Source: Macrostomum lignano
Taxonomy: Eukaryota
Assembly (NCBI GenBank): GCA_002269645.1
Contig: NIVC01000445.1
Location: 534,518-598,517 of the forward strand
Reading direction: 5' to 3'
DNA: 64,000 nt
The notes beneath the pieces were generated by a model, which was not told where the DNA came from, did not search any database, and saw only the letters and a program-made list of their open reading frames with translations. Below, in pieces: positions 10,801 to 21,145 of this stretch. The translations under genes were made by a program, and so were the position numbers. Positions within the stretch are counted from its first letter, which is position 1; every line of letters begins with the position of its first letter.

Positions 10801-11843
10801 TTGCTCCGGCGTTGTCGGCGGTGACAAAGGACATCACGGAGGACCCCTCCAGCTATTCAGCCGCCTCCTTGGGCGAAGATGGCGTATCGTCAAAAGTCCT
10901 CGGGCTGCGATGGGAGACAGGATCGGACGTGTTCGTGCTGCAGTTTTCTCCGCCAGAAGATTTGCTCAAGGCGTCGCCCTCCAAGCGTGTCGTGCTACAG
11001 CTGCTGGCCCGTGTCTACGATCCTCTGGGCTTCCTGGTTCCGCTGCTTACGTTGCCGAAATCGATGTTCCAGAAGCTGTGCGTTGAAAAGATCGCTTGGG
11101 ACTGCCCGCTAAAGGAGCCGATTAAGCAGCAGTGGCTGAAGTGGTTGCAGGAGATGCTGGCAGGTCGATTTCAAGTTCCAAGGTTGGTGCTTTCGGCGAC
11201 GAAGGAGGTCGAGGAGATACAGCTGCATGGGTTCTGTGATGCGTCAATCAAATGCTATGCGGCGTGTCTTTACCTGCGAGTGCAGTACACCGATGGTTCC
11301 GTCAGCTGCAACCTGGTGGCCGCCAAGGCGAGAGTGGCTCCACTGTCGGTTCTTTCAATTCCTCGGCTCGAACTCCTGGGTGCCTTGATACTCGCCAGAC
11401 TGTTGACATCATCCATGAGTCAGTATCCTCATGTTCGCCAGGTGTTTTGCTGGACAGACAGTGCCGACACGCTCTACTGGATCCGGCAGCACAGACCCTG
11501 GAAGCTCTTTGTTCATAATCGGGTGACGGAGATCCGCCGCCTGGTGCCAGAGGATGCCTGGAGACATGTCCCAGGCGAGGAGAATCCGGCGGACGTTGCA
11601 TCTCGAGGAACATCAGCGAGCAAGTTGAAGGCGGACGACAGCTGGTGGCACGGTCCAGACTGGCTGGCACGACCTCCTGACGATTGGCCCGACCAATCCT
11701 TTCTCAGCTTACCGACAGCGGCAGTTGCCGAGGAGCAAAAGACACAAGTGAACCGTCCAGTTGTTCTGCTAACTGAAGCCGGTCCTGACATCAGTCTACA
11801 GAAGTTCTCAATGACACGAACTTCTCATCCTGGATCAAGCTGA
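7848..11843 (+). CDS. BEL/Pao Gag-protease-RT-RNase H polyprotein (ends prematurely after frameshift)
   Basis: Gag RLPKLPPPSFSGD...WTEFWDRF; three Cys/His knuckles (CPFC..H..C, CFSC..H..C, CEFC..HH..LC); protease ILFDSAS; RT YLPHRAVIR...TKVRVVFDAS and YVDN; RNase H QLHGFCDAS. First ATG at 7848. Confidence 0.93.
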   Translation: MDSRKRGVLRATVTRLAQKAEDLLKTDAAEDEIDSVLEALRFKKQQLQAADEELAAEVDEKDVQAEAETTMEYDLLAGKLISNLTRRLQELQTARTGTPQATNLLQNTAIQTTTSSKSSEENSSTTRTQTAIRLPKLPPPSFSGDRTQWTEFWDRFNSSIHDNPSLSVVDKFSYLQSCLSGEARNSIAGLNITKDNYHIAIDNLQRRFGSRNGAVREHLAKFSVLTCSSSSAQHLRNFYDQVNGNVRSLTNLGVSVESYESMLLPNLLAKLPEVVRLGMLRTARIASVGYSFGSSLSQMKDGNGLDSVTEFLQVLEMEILVREEAAVGAAGQTSGSNGASKTAGEKQTRDGGTVAALHTKVKKVSTACPFCETEHAPEKCTRLVDVAARLQFLKEQRRCFSCLCKGHSVKTCYHKKQCEFCQMKHHPSLCSARMEKLQGKDGPKAPGSTLGKVGEDRKKSEQAAAQNVKSQEVKTMAMVTKAQTVILPTAGAVLISTVNNQETPVRILFDSASNRSFILTSLAEKMGLQVMGRETMEVTTFGGTEAKVLQTAMVEFKLRKSDSTAQFTVRANTVPYICSHQPVVSSLCMKHFQHLDMADWDIGGEQNPEISILIGADQFYDLVTGQVIRSEVGSGPVAVSSQLGWLLCGSLSDGIAASELETRSEQVLLCCAQGAEKGLDSSTIEAFWTLEGLGIRSAAEPDQRPLTLNAQFQEGRYSVQLPWKIPKKELRLPDNFEVAFKRLKNNLTRLRREPALLQEYHRILTSQKEAGVVEEAPDGTSDLIHYLPHRAVIRPEAESTKVRVVFDASAKRDQCSPSLNDCLETGTCSLAEIPRLLQAFRLHPIALTADIEKAFLQIRIAEDDRDALRFLWPRDPSQADSPLVVLRYAALVFGLTCSPAVLETVIQHHLASHRGQHAEFVDKVSKEIYVDNLISGCVDEQQALDLIQKSRHIFQQAGMNLRHWQSNSKNVLKAVRASTLDSDVLAPALSAVTKDITEDPSSYSAASLGEDGVSSKVLGLRWETGSDVFVLQFSPPEDLLKASPSKRVVLQLLARVYDPLGFLVPLLTLPKSMFQKLCVEKIAWDCPLKEPIKQQWLKWLQEMLAGRFQVPRLVLSATKEVEEIQLHGFCDASIKCYAACLYLRVQYTDGSVSCNLVAAKARVAPLSVLSIPRLELLGALILARLLTSSMSQYPHVRQVFCWTDSADTLYWIRQHRPWKLFVHNRVTEIRRLVPEDAWRHVPGEENPADVASRGTSASKLKADDSWWHGPDWLARPPDDWPDQSFLSLPTAAVAEEQKTQVNRPVVLLTEAGPDISLQKFSMTRTSHPGSS

Positions 11844-13297
11844 TTCGGGTGACAGCCTATGTCCTACGCTTCGTCAGAAACCTGCAAGCTAGAACTTCTG
11901 CAGCGGGGGAGGAGCGAGTGGGACCACTGGCTGCAGCAGAAGTCCTTGAAGTTGAAGAGCGCTGGCTGCGAGAAGTGCAGAGACGGAGTTTTCAAGCCGA
12001 AATTGCTCACATTCAGGAGTCAGCGGCCAGTACAGATCTCAGCAGGCAGTTGAATCTTTTTCTCGACAACAAGAGTATTCTCCGAAGCCAAGGTCGATTG
12101 AAGGAGTCCAACGCCTCTGCCGAGGTTGACTGTCCGATTCTGATCCCGAGCAAGTCACACCTGGAGCTTCTTCTCATCTGGGACGCTCACGCCAAGGTTC
12201 TGCACGGGGGAGTGCCCAGCACTCTTTGTAAGCTGCGAGAGAGATTCTGGCTAATCAGAGGAAGACAGCGAGTCAAGTCGATCCTGAGAAGTTGCTTTGT
12301 CTGCAGACGTCTTCAAGGACTACCATATGCAGTGAAGCAAATCCCAGCCTTACCTGAAGCACGCGTGAAGTCTGGGAGAGCCTTTGAGTGGTGCGGACTC
12401 GACTACTGCGGACCTGTCAAACTGATGGAGGACACAGAGATCGAGAAAGGCTATATCCTGGTTTTCACCTGTGCGGCCACGCGAGCCCTTCACCTGGAAC
12501 TGGTGAGCGACTTGACGACCGAGACCTTCCTGCGAGCCCTCCGACGGTTCTGTGCTCGGAGAGGAATTCCCAATCTCATCAGTGACAACGCCAAGACATT
12601 CACCAAGGCTGCCAAAATACTTCAGGCGTCGGAGAGTCGACAAGTTCAAGACTTCTGCGCCACCAGGAAAATCACCTGGCAATTCATCGTCGAACGCGCA
12701 CCGTGGCAAGGAGGCTTCTGGGAGCGACTGATGAGGGACATCAAGCTGGCTTTGCGCAAGACCATCCTCAACGCAACCCTGACGCTGGACGAACTGCGGA
12801 CAGTGCTAATGGAGGTGGAAGCGGTGCTCAACAGTCGGCCTCTACTCTACGTGGATGCCGAAACCAACGGAGAAGTCCTGACGCCGGCGCACTTTCTGGT
12901 CCTGCAACGGCTGACGGCGGAGCCAACTTCTAGCGGTACGCCCGAGCTCCTGCTGCCGTTGCCAACACTGCTGAGGCGAATGCGCGCCAGACTGCAAGCC
13001 TTCTGGGACTGCTGGGAGCGACAGTATCTGACCAGCCTGCGAGAACATAATCTAAGTCCCAAGCATGGCGTAACTCGAGAAGCGACGGCCGGCGACATCG
13101 TCCTGGTGAAAGGTGAGGCCGGGCAGCCGAGGCTTACCTGGTGTACCGGTGTCATCGAGTCGGTGCATCCTGGCCGAGACGGGGCGGTGAGATCTGCAAC
13201 GGTTCGAGTCGCGCCCAGACCTGGCCGCGGTCCCAGGAGATGCTTGATTCGCCGACCGGTGGAGAACCTGATTTTGCTGGAAGCTGTGACTGAATGA
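11828..13297 (+). CDS. BEL/Pao integrase part of pol (-1 frame relative to upstream ORF)
   Basis: SWIKLIRVTAYVLRF; HHCC zinc motif (HAKVLHGG...CFVC); DDE core GLDYCGP / ISDN / GGFWERL; C-terminal GDIVLV...GRDGAVRS. Confidence 0.92.
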   Translation, partial: SWIKLIRVTAYVLRFVRNLQARTSAAGEERVGPLAAAEVLEVEERWLREVQRRSFQAEIAHIQESAASTDLSRQLNLFLDNKSILRSQGRLKESNASAEVDCPILIPSKSHLELLLIWDAHAKVLHGGVPSTLCKLRERFWLIRGRQRVKSILRSCFVCRRLQGLPYAVKQIPALPEARVKSGRAFEWCGLDYCGPVKLMEDTEIEKGYILVFTCAATRALHLELVSDLTTETFLRALRRFCARRGIPNLISDNAKTFTKAAKILQASESRQVQDFCATRKITWQFIVERAPWQGGFWERLMRDIKLALRKTILNATLTLDELRTVLMEVEAVLNSRPLLYVDAETNGEVLTPAHFLVLQRLTAEPTSSGTPELLLPLPTLLRRMRARLQAFWDCWERQYLTSLREHNLSPKHGVTREATAGDIVLVKGEAGQPRLTWCTGVIESVHPGRDGAVRSATVRVAPRPGRGPRRCLIRRPVENLILLEAVTE

Positions 13298-13649
13298 ACT
13301 TAAGTAACTGACTTTCAATGACTGTTCTAATCGTTGTTTCGAGTTTCTGTTTAGTTTTAGTTCGCAGTAATTTTCACTCCCTTTCAATCTTACCTTTTGA
13401 GCTCCTTAGCGCTGATTGGATTTTTTTGAGTTTCGTTTTCCCTTTGTTCCTACTTTTTCGTTAACTCAGTACTCTGGTGATGGTGTGTCACATTTTTAGT
13501 CATCAAGTCTGTTGTAATGTTGGAGCGTTTTTTGTTGTTCATTTGTTTTTTGCTATTCGTTTCGTTTAATTTCATTTAAGTTAATAGCGAGTTTCCTTTT
13601 TCGAATATCAATGTTAAGTACTGTAATGATGAAGCATCATTAGGGGGAG

Positions 13650-13905
13650 TGTGTTGGATTTGGAGTGCCTGCGTACCGACCCTCTGCTATGTGTAGCGTC
13701 GCCAGTGTACACTTGGCGGTCCCCGTCTCAGAGTGTGTTGGGGTGGGGTTGATGTGCGTGAGGCGTTGATGAGTTAGAGAGTTGGAGAGAGAGAACATCG
13801 ATTTAATTTAATATATATGCAATAATTTAGCCACAGGGCTCATTTACCTGTTTTTTTGTTAAAGTCTAACCCTCAGATTTATTAGACTTAATTATTTCTT
13901 TAACA
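13650..13905 (+). repeat. 3' LTR
   Basis: Preceded by the purine tract AGGGGGAG and followed by TSD AATGG. Confidence 0.97.
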
Positions 13906-14744
13906 AATGGTAAATTGGGAGTTGGGAGTTATTGGTACGTCAAGCATCAAATGGAGATTTAGGGTTAGGCCGCGGCTTAATGGAAGGCTTTGATGCCAAA
14001 GCTCCAAGGGGATACTGACTGATCTGATAATGATATCTTAGGCCACGGCCTGACGGTACATATACGAGTACATAGTTAGGGACTTTTTTCATAAAAAATA
14101 AACTCTTCTTTGTTGCCTCCCCAACGGGTCGAAGATAGCTTTGCTAGTTTGCAACTTTGAATTTTGGGAACTAAGCTGGCTGACTCACTGACTGTCATTC
14201 TGTCAGTGGCGGACGGGTGGGGCGGGTGCTATTGCGTGCATGCCGGCTGGCCTGTGAGTGGGTGGTGGTGGGACTGTTGTTGGTTTTCTTTTAGAGAGCG
14301 GGGATAGAAAGTAGAGTTTACTTTAATGATAGTAGTGAGGGCGGGTTGGGATTGGGAAGGGAACAAGGCTTAAAGGGTGGATGCGAGAAAGCCGAGAAAC
14401 AGGAGGGTCGCGAGACACGCACGAATTAGAGCCTTTGCTGTTGTTAGTCATCTTTGTCCTCGCTAGAGGGGCGAGTGGCGGTGGAGGTGAAATAAGATCG
14501 GAGGAGAGAAGAGTGATGAAACGAGAGGCCTACGCATGCTTCGCTTATCGATCGCCCCGGGAAGCACCCACCCCCGCCTTCTGTACACTCCTGTACATTC
14601 CGCGAGTGGCGGAGGAATGTGGGAACTTGAACCCCCCCCCCCCCGGCGTAATTAATGGGCCCTAGTTTTAAGACCGGCGGAAGGGCTCCAGTCCAGTTTA
14701 CTGGACAAACTAAATACGACTTGGACTTCCGATTCCGAGCTGCT

Positions 14745-16489
14745 ATGCTATCCAATGCTCCAGTCGCTGTGCCCTATGGCTACGATCCTGTTTTGTATAA
14801 CGATCCAGCAATTCTGGAGGACTTGCTGCAGACGCAGGGCCACTACGCGCCGCATCCGTTCTATTGTCCGGACATCCAGCCAAACATTGAATTTGAAATG
14901 CGTCGGATTATAGTTGAGTGGCTTCGCGATGTAAGTGTACATTTCTTTTACTATTGATATTATTATACATCAATTTAATTATTTGTACCAAAACTTATTA
15001 TAATTATTAACAAAACACACCCTTCAATGTCGCCCAGGTGTGTACAGATGCGAACTTTCTGGAAGGCTTGCCCAATTCAGTTCAAATGTTGGACCGCTAT
15101 CTCAGCAAACCCGTGGCCAAGCCGGATCCCAACGATTTGCAATTGCTAGCGGCGGCTTGCATGTTTATTACTAGCAAGATTAAAGCTGTTGAACCAATGA
15201 GCGCAGCGACTGTGGTCTCTTATACCGATAATTTTATTGAGCTCGAACAGTTGCTGGTGAGTCTGTTTACTCTCTGTTCTACTCTGAGTCTGTACTTTAC
15301 TGAAGGAGCTACCTGTCCACTAAAGGACCCGTTGGATAGGGGTTTGCAGCCCACTGAAGGACCCGTTGGATAGGGGTTTGCAGCCCACTGAAGGACCCGT
15401 TGGATAGGGGGTTGCAGCCCACTGAAGGACCCGTTGGATAGGGGTTTGCAGCCCACTGAAGGACCCGTTGGATAGGGGTTTGCAGCCCACTAAAGGACCC
15501 GTTGGATAGGGGGTTGCAGTCCACTGAAGGACCCGTTGGATAGGGGGTTGCAGCCCACTGAAGGACCCGTTGGATAGGGGGTTGCAGTCCACTGAAGGAC
15601 CCGTTGGATAGGGGGTTGCAGCCCACTGAAGGACCCGTTGGATAGGGGGTTGCAGCCCACTGAAGGACCCGTTGGATAGGGGTTTGCAGCCCACTGAAGG
15701 ACTTGTTAGACAGTTGGTTGTCATTAACAGTAACAGTTCACTTTTACATATCGCATTATTTTTTTCAAAAAATGAATTGTTGCCAATTGCAGATCGTGGA
15801 GCTGCACATAGCCAAGGCTCTGGATTGGGATCTTGTCGGTGTCACAGTTTACGACGTGACCTTCACCCTCATCCGCTACCTGCAGCGCGACCTCGTCATT
15901 GGCGAGTTGGAGGCGGGCCTCCTGCTAGGACAGGCCCAGCTCTGCCTCATGGCTTTCCTGCTCGGTGCGCTTGCGATGACCGATGGGATGACGAGGGGAT
16001 TGACAGAATGGGGTTGGGATTCTATGGGATTACTGGGATTCGCAACTCAATGATAGGGAATTTTAGCTTTGCAAATTAAAATCGCTAGCCAGCCACATGT
16101 TCACCTGCTAGCATTTTTATTTAAATATCGTCCCACATTGATCTATCCAACCTTGCAGATCACGAGTCGCTGCGCTACCCTGTGTCACACCTGGCCGCCG
16201 CCTCGGTTCACTACCTGGCCTGGCGAGAGCTTAATCTGTCTCAGTACGATTTGCTCTCTATTGAGCAGCGGCTGCTCAAACTGATGCACGTTGACCCGGT
16301 GAGTTAATCGTTTTTAAAACAGTTATTGTGTAATGTTCATTCTACGCTACTTTTAAGTAGCGTAAGTGCAATTTCCGGTAGTATTGTAGTTTGGTAAGTT
16401 TTTTATCTATCTATTTATCTATCTATTTATCTATCTATCTGTCTATCTATCTATCTATCTATCTATCTGTCTGTCTATCTGTCTATCTG

Positions 16490-16546
<57 letters not shown>

Positions 16547-16598
16547 TTATCTATCTATCTGTCTATCTATCTATCTATCTGTTTAATCTGTCTATCTG

Positions 16599-16633
<35 letters not shown>

Positions 16634-16775
16634 ATCTGTCTATCTATCTATCTATCTATCTGTCTATCTGTCTATCTATCTGTCATCTATCTATCTATCT
16701 TTCTATCTGTCTATCTATCTATCTATCTGTCTATCTGTCTATCTATCTATCTGTCTATCTAGGCCTATCTATCTG

Positions 16776-16810
<35 letters not shown>

Positions 16811-16811
16811 G

Positions 16812-16842
<31 letters not shown>

Positions 16843-16843
16843 G

Positions 16844-16886
<43 letters not shown>

Positions 16887-16904
16887 GTTTAATCTGTCTA
16901 TCTG

Positions 16905-16971
<67 letters not shown>

Positions 16972-17121
16972 ATCTGTCTATCTATCTATCTATCTATCTG
17001 TCTATCTGTCTATCTGTCTATCTATCTGTCATCTATCTATCTATCTTTCTATCTGTCTATCTATCTATCTATCTGTCTATCTGTCTATCTATCTATCTGT
17101 CTATCTAGGCCTATCTATCTG

Positions 17122-17176
<55 letters not shown>

Positions 17177-17194
17177 GTTTAATCTGTCTATCTG

Positions 17195-17229
<35 letters not shown>

Positions 17230-17238
17230 ATCTGTCTG

Positions 17239-17277
<39 letters not shown>

Positions 17278-17539
17278 CCCTGTCTCCTCTCTCCCTCTCT
17301 GTCTGTCTGTCTCTCTCTCCCTCTGTCTCTAATGTCCCTCTTTCCTTTCTCGAATTGATTTCTCTGTAATTATAAAATTAGCACTATGTGTAAATATCTT
17401 TGAGTATTCTAGCAGTTTTTATAAGCCAACTTAACTCATTCGCCCGCAGAGCTCCCAGTCCTGGTTAAGAAGCAGAAATTTCGCGCGCCGTTGTCTGCAG
17501 CAGCATCTCTCCGAGCAGCCAGTGGGTGGAACAAATTGA
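14745..17539 (+). CDS. CycD: D-type cyclin: join(14745..14930,15038..15256,15793..15964,16159..16298,17450..17539), about 268 aa
   Basis: Cyclin box [13 protein letters not shown]...LDRYLS...[14 protein letters not shown]...SYTDN...[13 protein letters not shown]; second fold [20 protein letters not shown] sites with phases 0,0,1,0 are consistent. YTDN and the PYGYDP...LEDLL region favour D-type. The last exon is the least certain. Confidence 0.82.
15325..15702. repeat. 34-bp minisatellite (ggacccgttggatagggggttgcagcccactgaa)n in cyclin intron 2
   Basis: About 11 near-identical copies. Confidence 0.95.
16405..17275. repeat. (TCTA/TCTG)n microsatellite in cyclin intron 4
   Basis: Direct tetranucleotide periodicity with internally duplicated variant blocks. 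Confidence 0.97.
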
Positions 17540-17754
17540 AAATCACTCAGGCTTTACTGCACGGCTAAGATTTGTTTGCCTCTTCTTTCAGCTGAATTTG
17601 TTGCTTCTTCTGTTTGCTTTTCCATCATTGTCCAGCAATTTACCTTATTGCTGACAAGCCGTTGGATTTAAGAGTTACCTATTGATCTTTCCACTGGAAT
17701 TTGTTTCATTTTGTATATTTTGACCTGAAGTTCCCGAGTTTAAAGAAATACTAA

Positions 17755-18250
17755 TCTGATGTTATCGGTTCTAAGAAATTCCAAAATAGGATTTGTGGAG
17801 TCTAAGAAATCCCAAAATAGGATTTATAGATCCTTAAGAATCCCAAGCTAGAATTTATGGATTCTGAGTGATCCCAAACCAGGATTTATGGATTCTAAGA
17901 AGTCCCAATCTAGGATTTATGGATTCTGAGAAATCCCAAACTATGATTTATGGATTCTAAGAAATCCCAAACTAGGATTTATGGATTCTGAGAAATCCCA
18001 AGCTAGGATTTATGGATTCTAAGAAATCCAAAACTGGGATTTATGGATTCTGAGAAATCCCAAGCTAGGATTTATGGATTCTAAGAAATCCCAAACTGGG
18101 ATTTATGAATTCTAATAAATCCCAAACTAGTATTTATGGATTCTAAGAAATCCCAAACTGGGACTTATAGATTCAAGGAAATCCGTTTCTTTAACCGGTT
18201 CTAAAATCACACTAGAATTTATGGATTCTAAGAAATCCCAAGCAAGGATG
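17755..18250. repeat. 31-bp minisatellite (ggatttatggattctaagaaatcccaaacta)n
   Basis: 31-bp periodicity (e.g. aggatttatg at 17881 and 17912); downstream of the cyclin stop. Confidence 0.9.
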
Positions 18251-19004
18251 AATCCCAATCTCATTGCGTCTCTGAAAGAGACCTATTGTCCTATCGGAGC
18301 TGTTCGTTTTTTATTTCTATTATTCTTTGTTTTTCCTTTAAATCTTAAAACAATTTGCTTGAAACGCCTAATAAAAAGAGTCCATTCTGCTTTGTCAATT
18401 TGTGTGCTCTATTAATATCTATGCTAGTTTATTTAGCCCTTTTGCAATCGCTTCTCATGGCAAATCCCGTATTTGTTAGCTCAACAACTAACAAACTCGC
18501 TGCATGATTTTATTAGAATTTCAAACCGTTCAATCTTACTACTTAATTTCACTTTTAAGCAGTAGAGCATCCCGGTTATTGCTGTTATTTATATGCGTTT
18601 TAAATTAAAAATTCTGAATTTTCTTAATTCTTTCTGAAAAAGAAAGCTTGCTTGCTGATTTTTTATCCTTATTCAAAGGAAGTAAGTTTCTAAGTTCATG
18701 GTTCATGGTCACGTATGTTCCCAACATATCAGCAATTTAAAATGGTTGAATCTGTGCGTTTTTATTATTTATTGTTATAACCTCTGCACCCCGTGTGCCC
18801 GATGCTCGTCTGTTTGCCTGGCCTGCGCGTGGTTTTATATATGTAAGAAAAATCGCTTTATTAGTAAGTGCATGTAAAGCGATGTACTTTTAAGTACCGT
18901 TGGCTTTCACCTTTGAAAATTAAAAAGTTACACGTGTTTTAAATTGATTTTTGTTATTTTTGTTTCTTTTGTTTTGTTAGATGCTCATAAGTTGGATTGA
19001 GTCA

Positions 19005-19705
19005 CACTGGCCTAGCTGAGAGCCACACTGGCCAATCACAGCTCTGCTGAGAGCCACACTGGCCAATCACAGCTCTGCTGAGAGCCACACTGGCCAATCA
19101 CAGCTCTGCTGAGACCCACACTGGCCAATCACAGCTCTGCTGAGAGCCACACTGGCCAATCACAGCTCTGCTGAGAGCCACACTGGCCAATCACAGCTCT
19201 GCTGGGAGACACGCTGACCAATCACAGATCTGCTAGGAGCCACACTGGCCAATCACAGATCTGCTGGGAGCCACACTGATCAATCACAGATCTGCTAGCT
19301 GGTAAACACTGGCCTAGCTAGCTGAGAGCCACACTGGCCAATCACAGCTCTGCTGAGAGCCACACTGGCCAATCACAGCTCTGCTGAGAGCCACACTGGC
19401 CAATCACAGCTCTGCTGGGAGACACGCTGACCAATCACAGATCTGCTAGGAGCCACACTGGCCAATCACAGATCTGCTGGGAGCCACACTGATCAATCAC
19501 AGATCTGCTAGCTGGTAAACACTGGCCTAGCTAGCTGAGAGCCACACTGGCCAATCACAGCTCTACTGAGAGCCACACTGGCCAATCACAGCTCTGCTGA
19601 GAGCCACACTGGCCAATTACAGATCAGCTAGCTGGTAAACACTGGCCTAGCTGAGAGCCACACTGGCCAATCACAGATCTGCTGAGAGTCGCACTGGCCA
19701 ATCAC
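19005..19705. repeat. 31-bp minisatellite (gagagccacactggccaatcacagctctgct)n
   Basis: About 20 copies, with an internal duplication of about 213 bp (19201 vs 19414). Confidence 0.95.
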
Positions 19706-20859
19706 ATGGTGTACAGTACGCGTAGCAGAGCTGTTTGCGTCGTGTAGTGTAGAAAAATCAATACTTTAATACTTATGTACGTAAATCTTTATGAATTGTG
19801 CATTTTGAACTTCAGTTCAACTGCCCGTTGAATCGGGATACAATTTATTACATTTAAATCAGGACATTACATTTACATTTATTAAATTTTACATTTATTC
19901 AATTACAATTAATGATCAGGAAAGAATTGCACACAGTTAAAAACTTTTACTATATTAGACCGCGGGAAAAATACATTTAATTAAAATTAATTACTACATG
20001 CACTTTAGTAACGAATTAGGATTGATTAAAATTATGAAATGATAAAAATTTAGTTAAAAATAAGCTGGAATGGATCTACTGAGCTTAATGAGATTTTGAA
20101 AGTACATAATTACGAGTCATATTTCAATCTCTGAAAAAAGGTACAAACCACTAAAAAAAGGCTACAGGTTACCTACAGTAATTTTAAGTGCACTTTAGAT
20201 AAATTTCTTGTTGGTATAAAAATTTCCATGAAGTAAATGAATAGGCAATATAGTACTAAAACAGTAGGTAAACGAGCATATGCACATCTATATAGTGTGG
20301 AGCTCAAACTCGCAAAATTTATAGCTGTAGATTCAATCGAAAAAATGCACTGCATTTAATGAAAAACAAATCAATAATTTTATATCTACATGTGCACTCC
20401 AAAGACTGCATACTTGATAACATAATATGTTTGAAATCCTTTTTCAACCGAGACTTGTACAGGTGGGATCAGGGCCGTACGTATTGGAATGCCAACTAAC
20501 GATCATATAATCATAGATTCTCCGTAGCATATAATTGCGCACTTACAAGCCTATAAGTACATGTGGCGTTACATAATCAATGAGAACGGGGCCACGTATT
20601 TCTCAATCTCAGTACGTACAGAGAGCATAAACTCAATCTATAATCAGGAATTATTACTTTTTGCAATAGTTGCTCGATAATAAAAAATGACTAGAATTTG
20701 TTTTTCTCACAGGCTTATAACAAACCTAACCGATTAACATTGTTGTAGCCTGGGATTGTTGGTTGAATGATAAACCTGTCTGCCGTGATGCCCACTGGAA
20801 TTGAACAACAAGAAATCGGGTTTTGCAGATCGTTACATATAAAAGCAATGGCTAACACT

Positions 20860-20865
20860 TTTATT
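20860..20865 (-). terminator. Candidate polyadenylation signal of ASPP
   Basis: AATAAA on the minus strand about 280 nt after the stop at 21146. Confidence 0.35.
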
Positions 20866-21145
20866 TCAATATATACATTAAAGTACATCCCACACTCCAT
20901 TACTAAAGTGCTCGTACTACATTTCATCCTTCATTATTATAATAAATTACAAAAAATTCTACCTTCCATTATTATAGTACATTTACACCTTCCACTATTA
21001 TTAAAGTATACATCACGCCCTTATTAAAGTACAAACACTCTCTATGCCTTGGGGGCTGGCCCTTCCTATATTATTGCAACAGAGTAGCAAATTGAATTAA
21101 AAGTGCAAAGCGTAATTTCACCCGCAGAATTCGCAGCAGCACCCC

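Larger units (their letters stand above)
7510..13905 (+). mobile_element. Full-length BEL/Pao LTR retrotransposon
   Basis: Identical 256-bp LTRs (7510-7765, 13650-13905; TG...CA), 5-bp TSD AATGG (7505-7509, 13906-13910), PBS TGGCGCCCGAAC 7766-7777, PPT AGGGGGAG 13642-13649. Domain order gag-PR-RT-RH-IN is typical of BEL/Pao. Confidence 0.97.
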
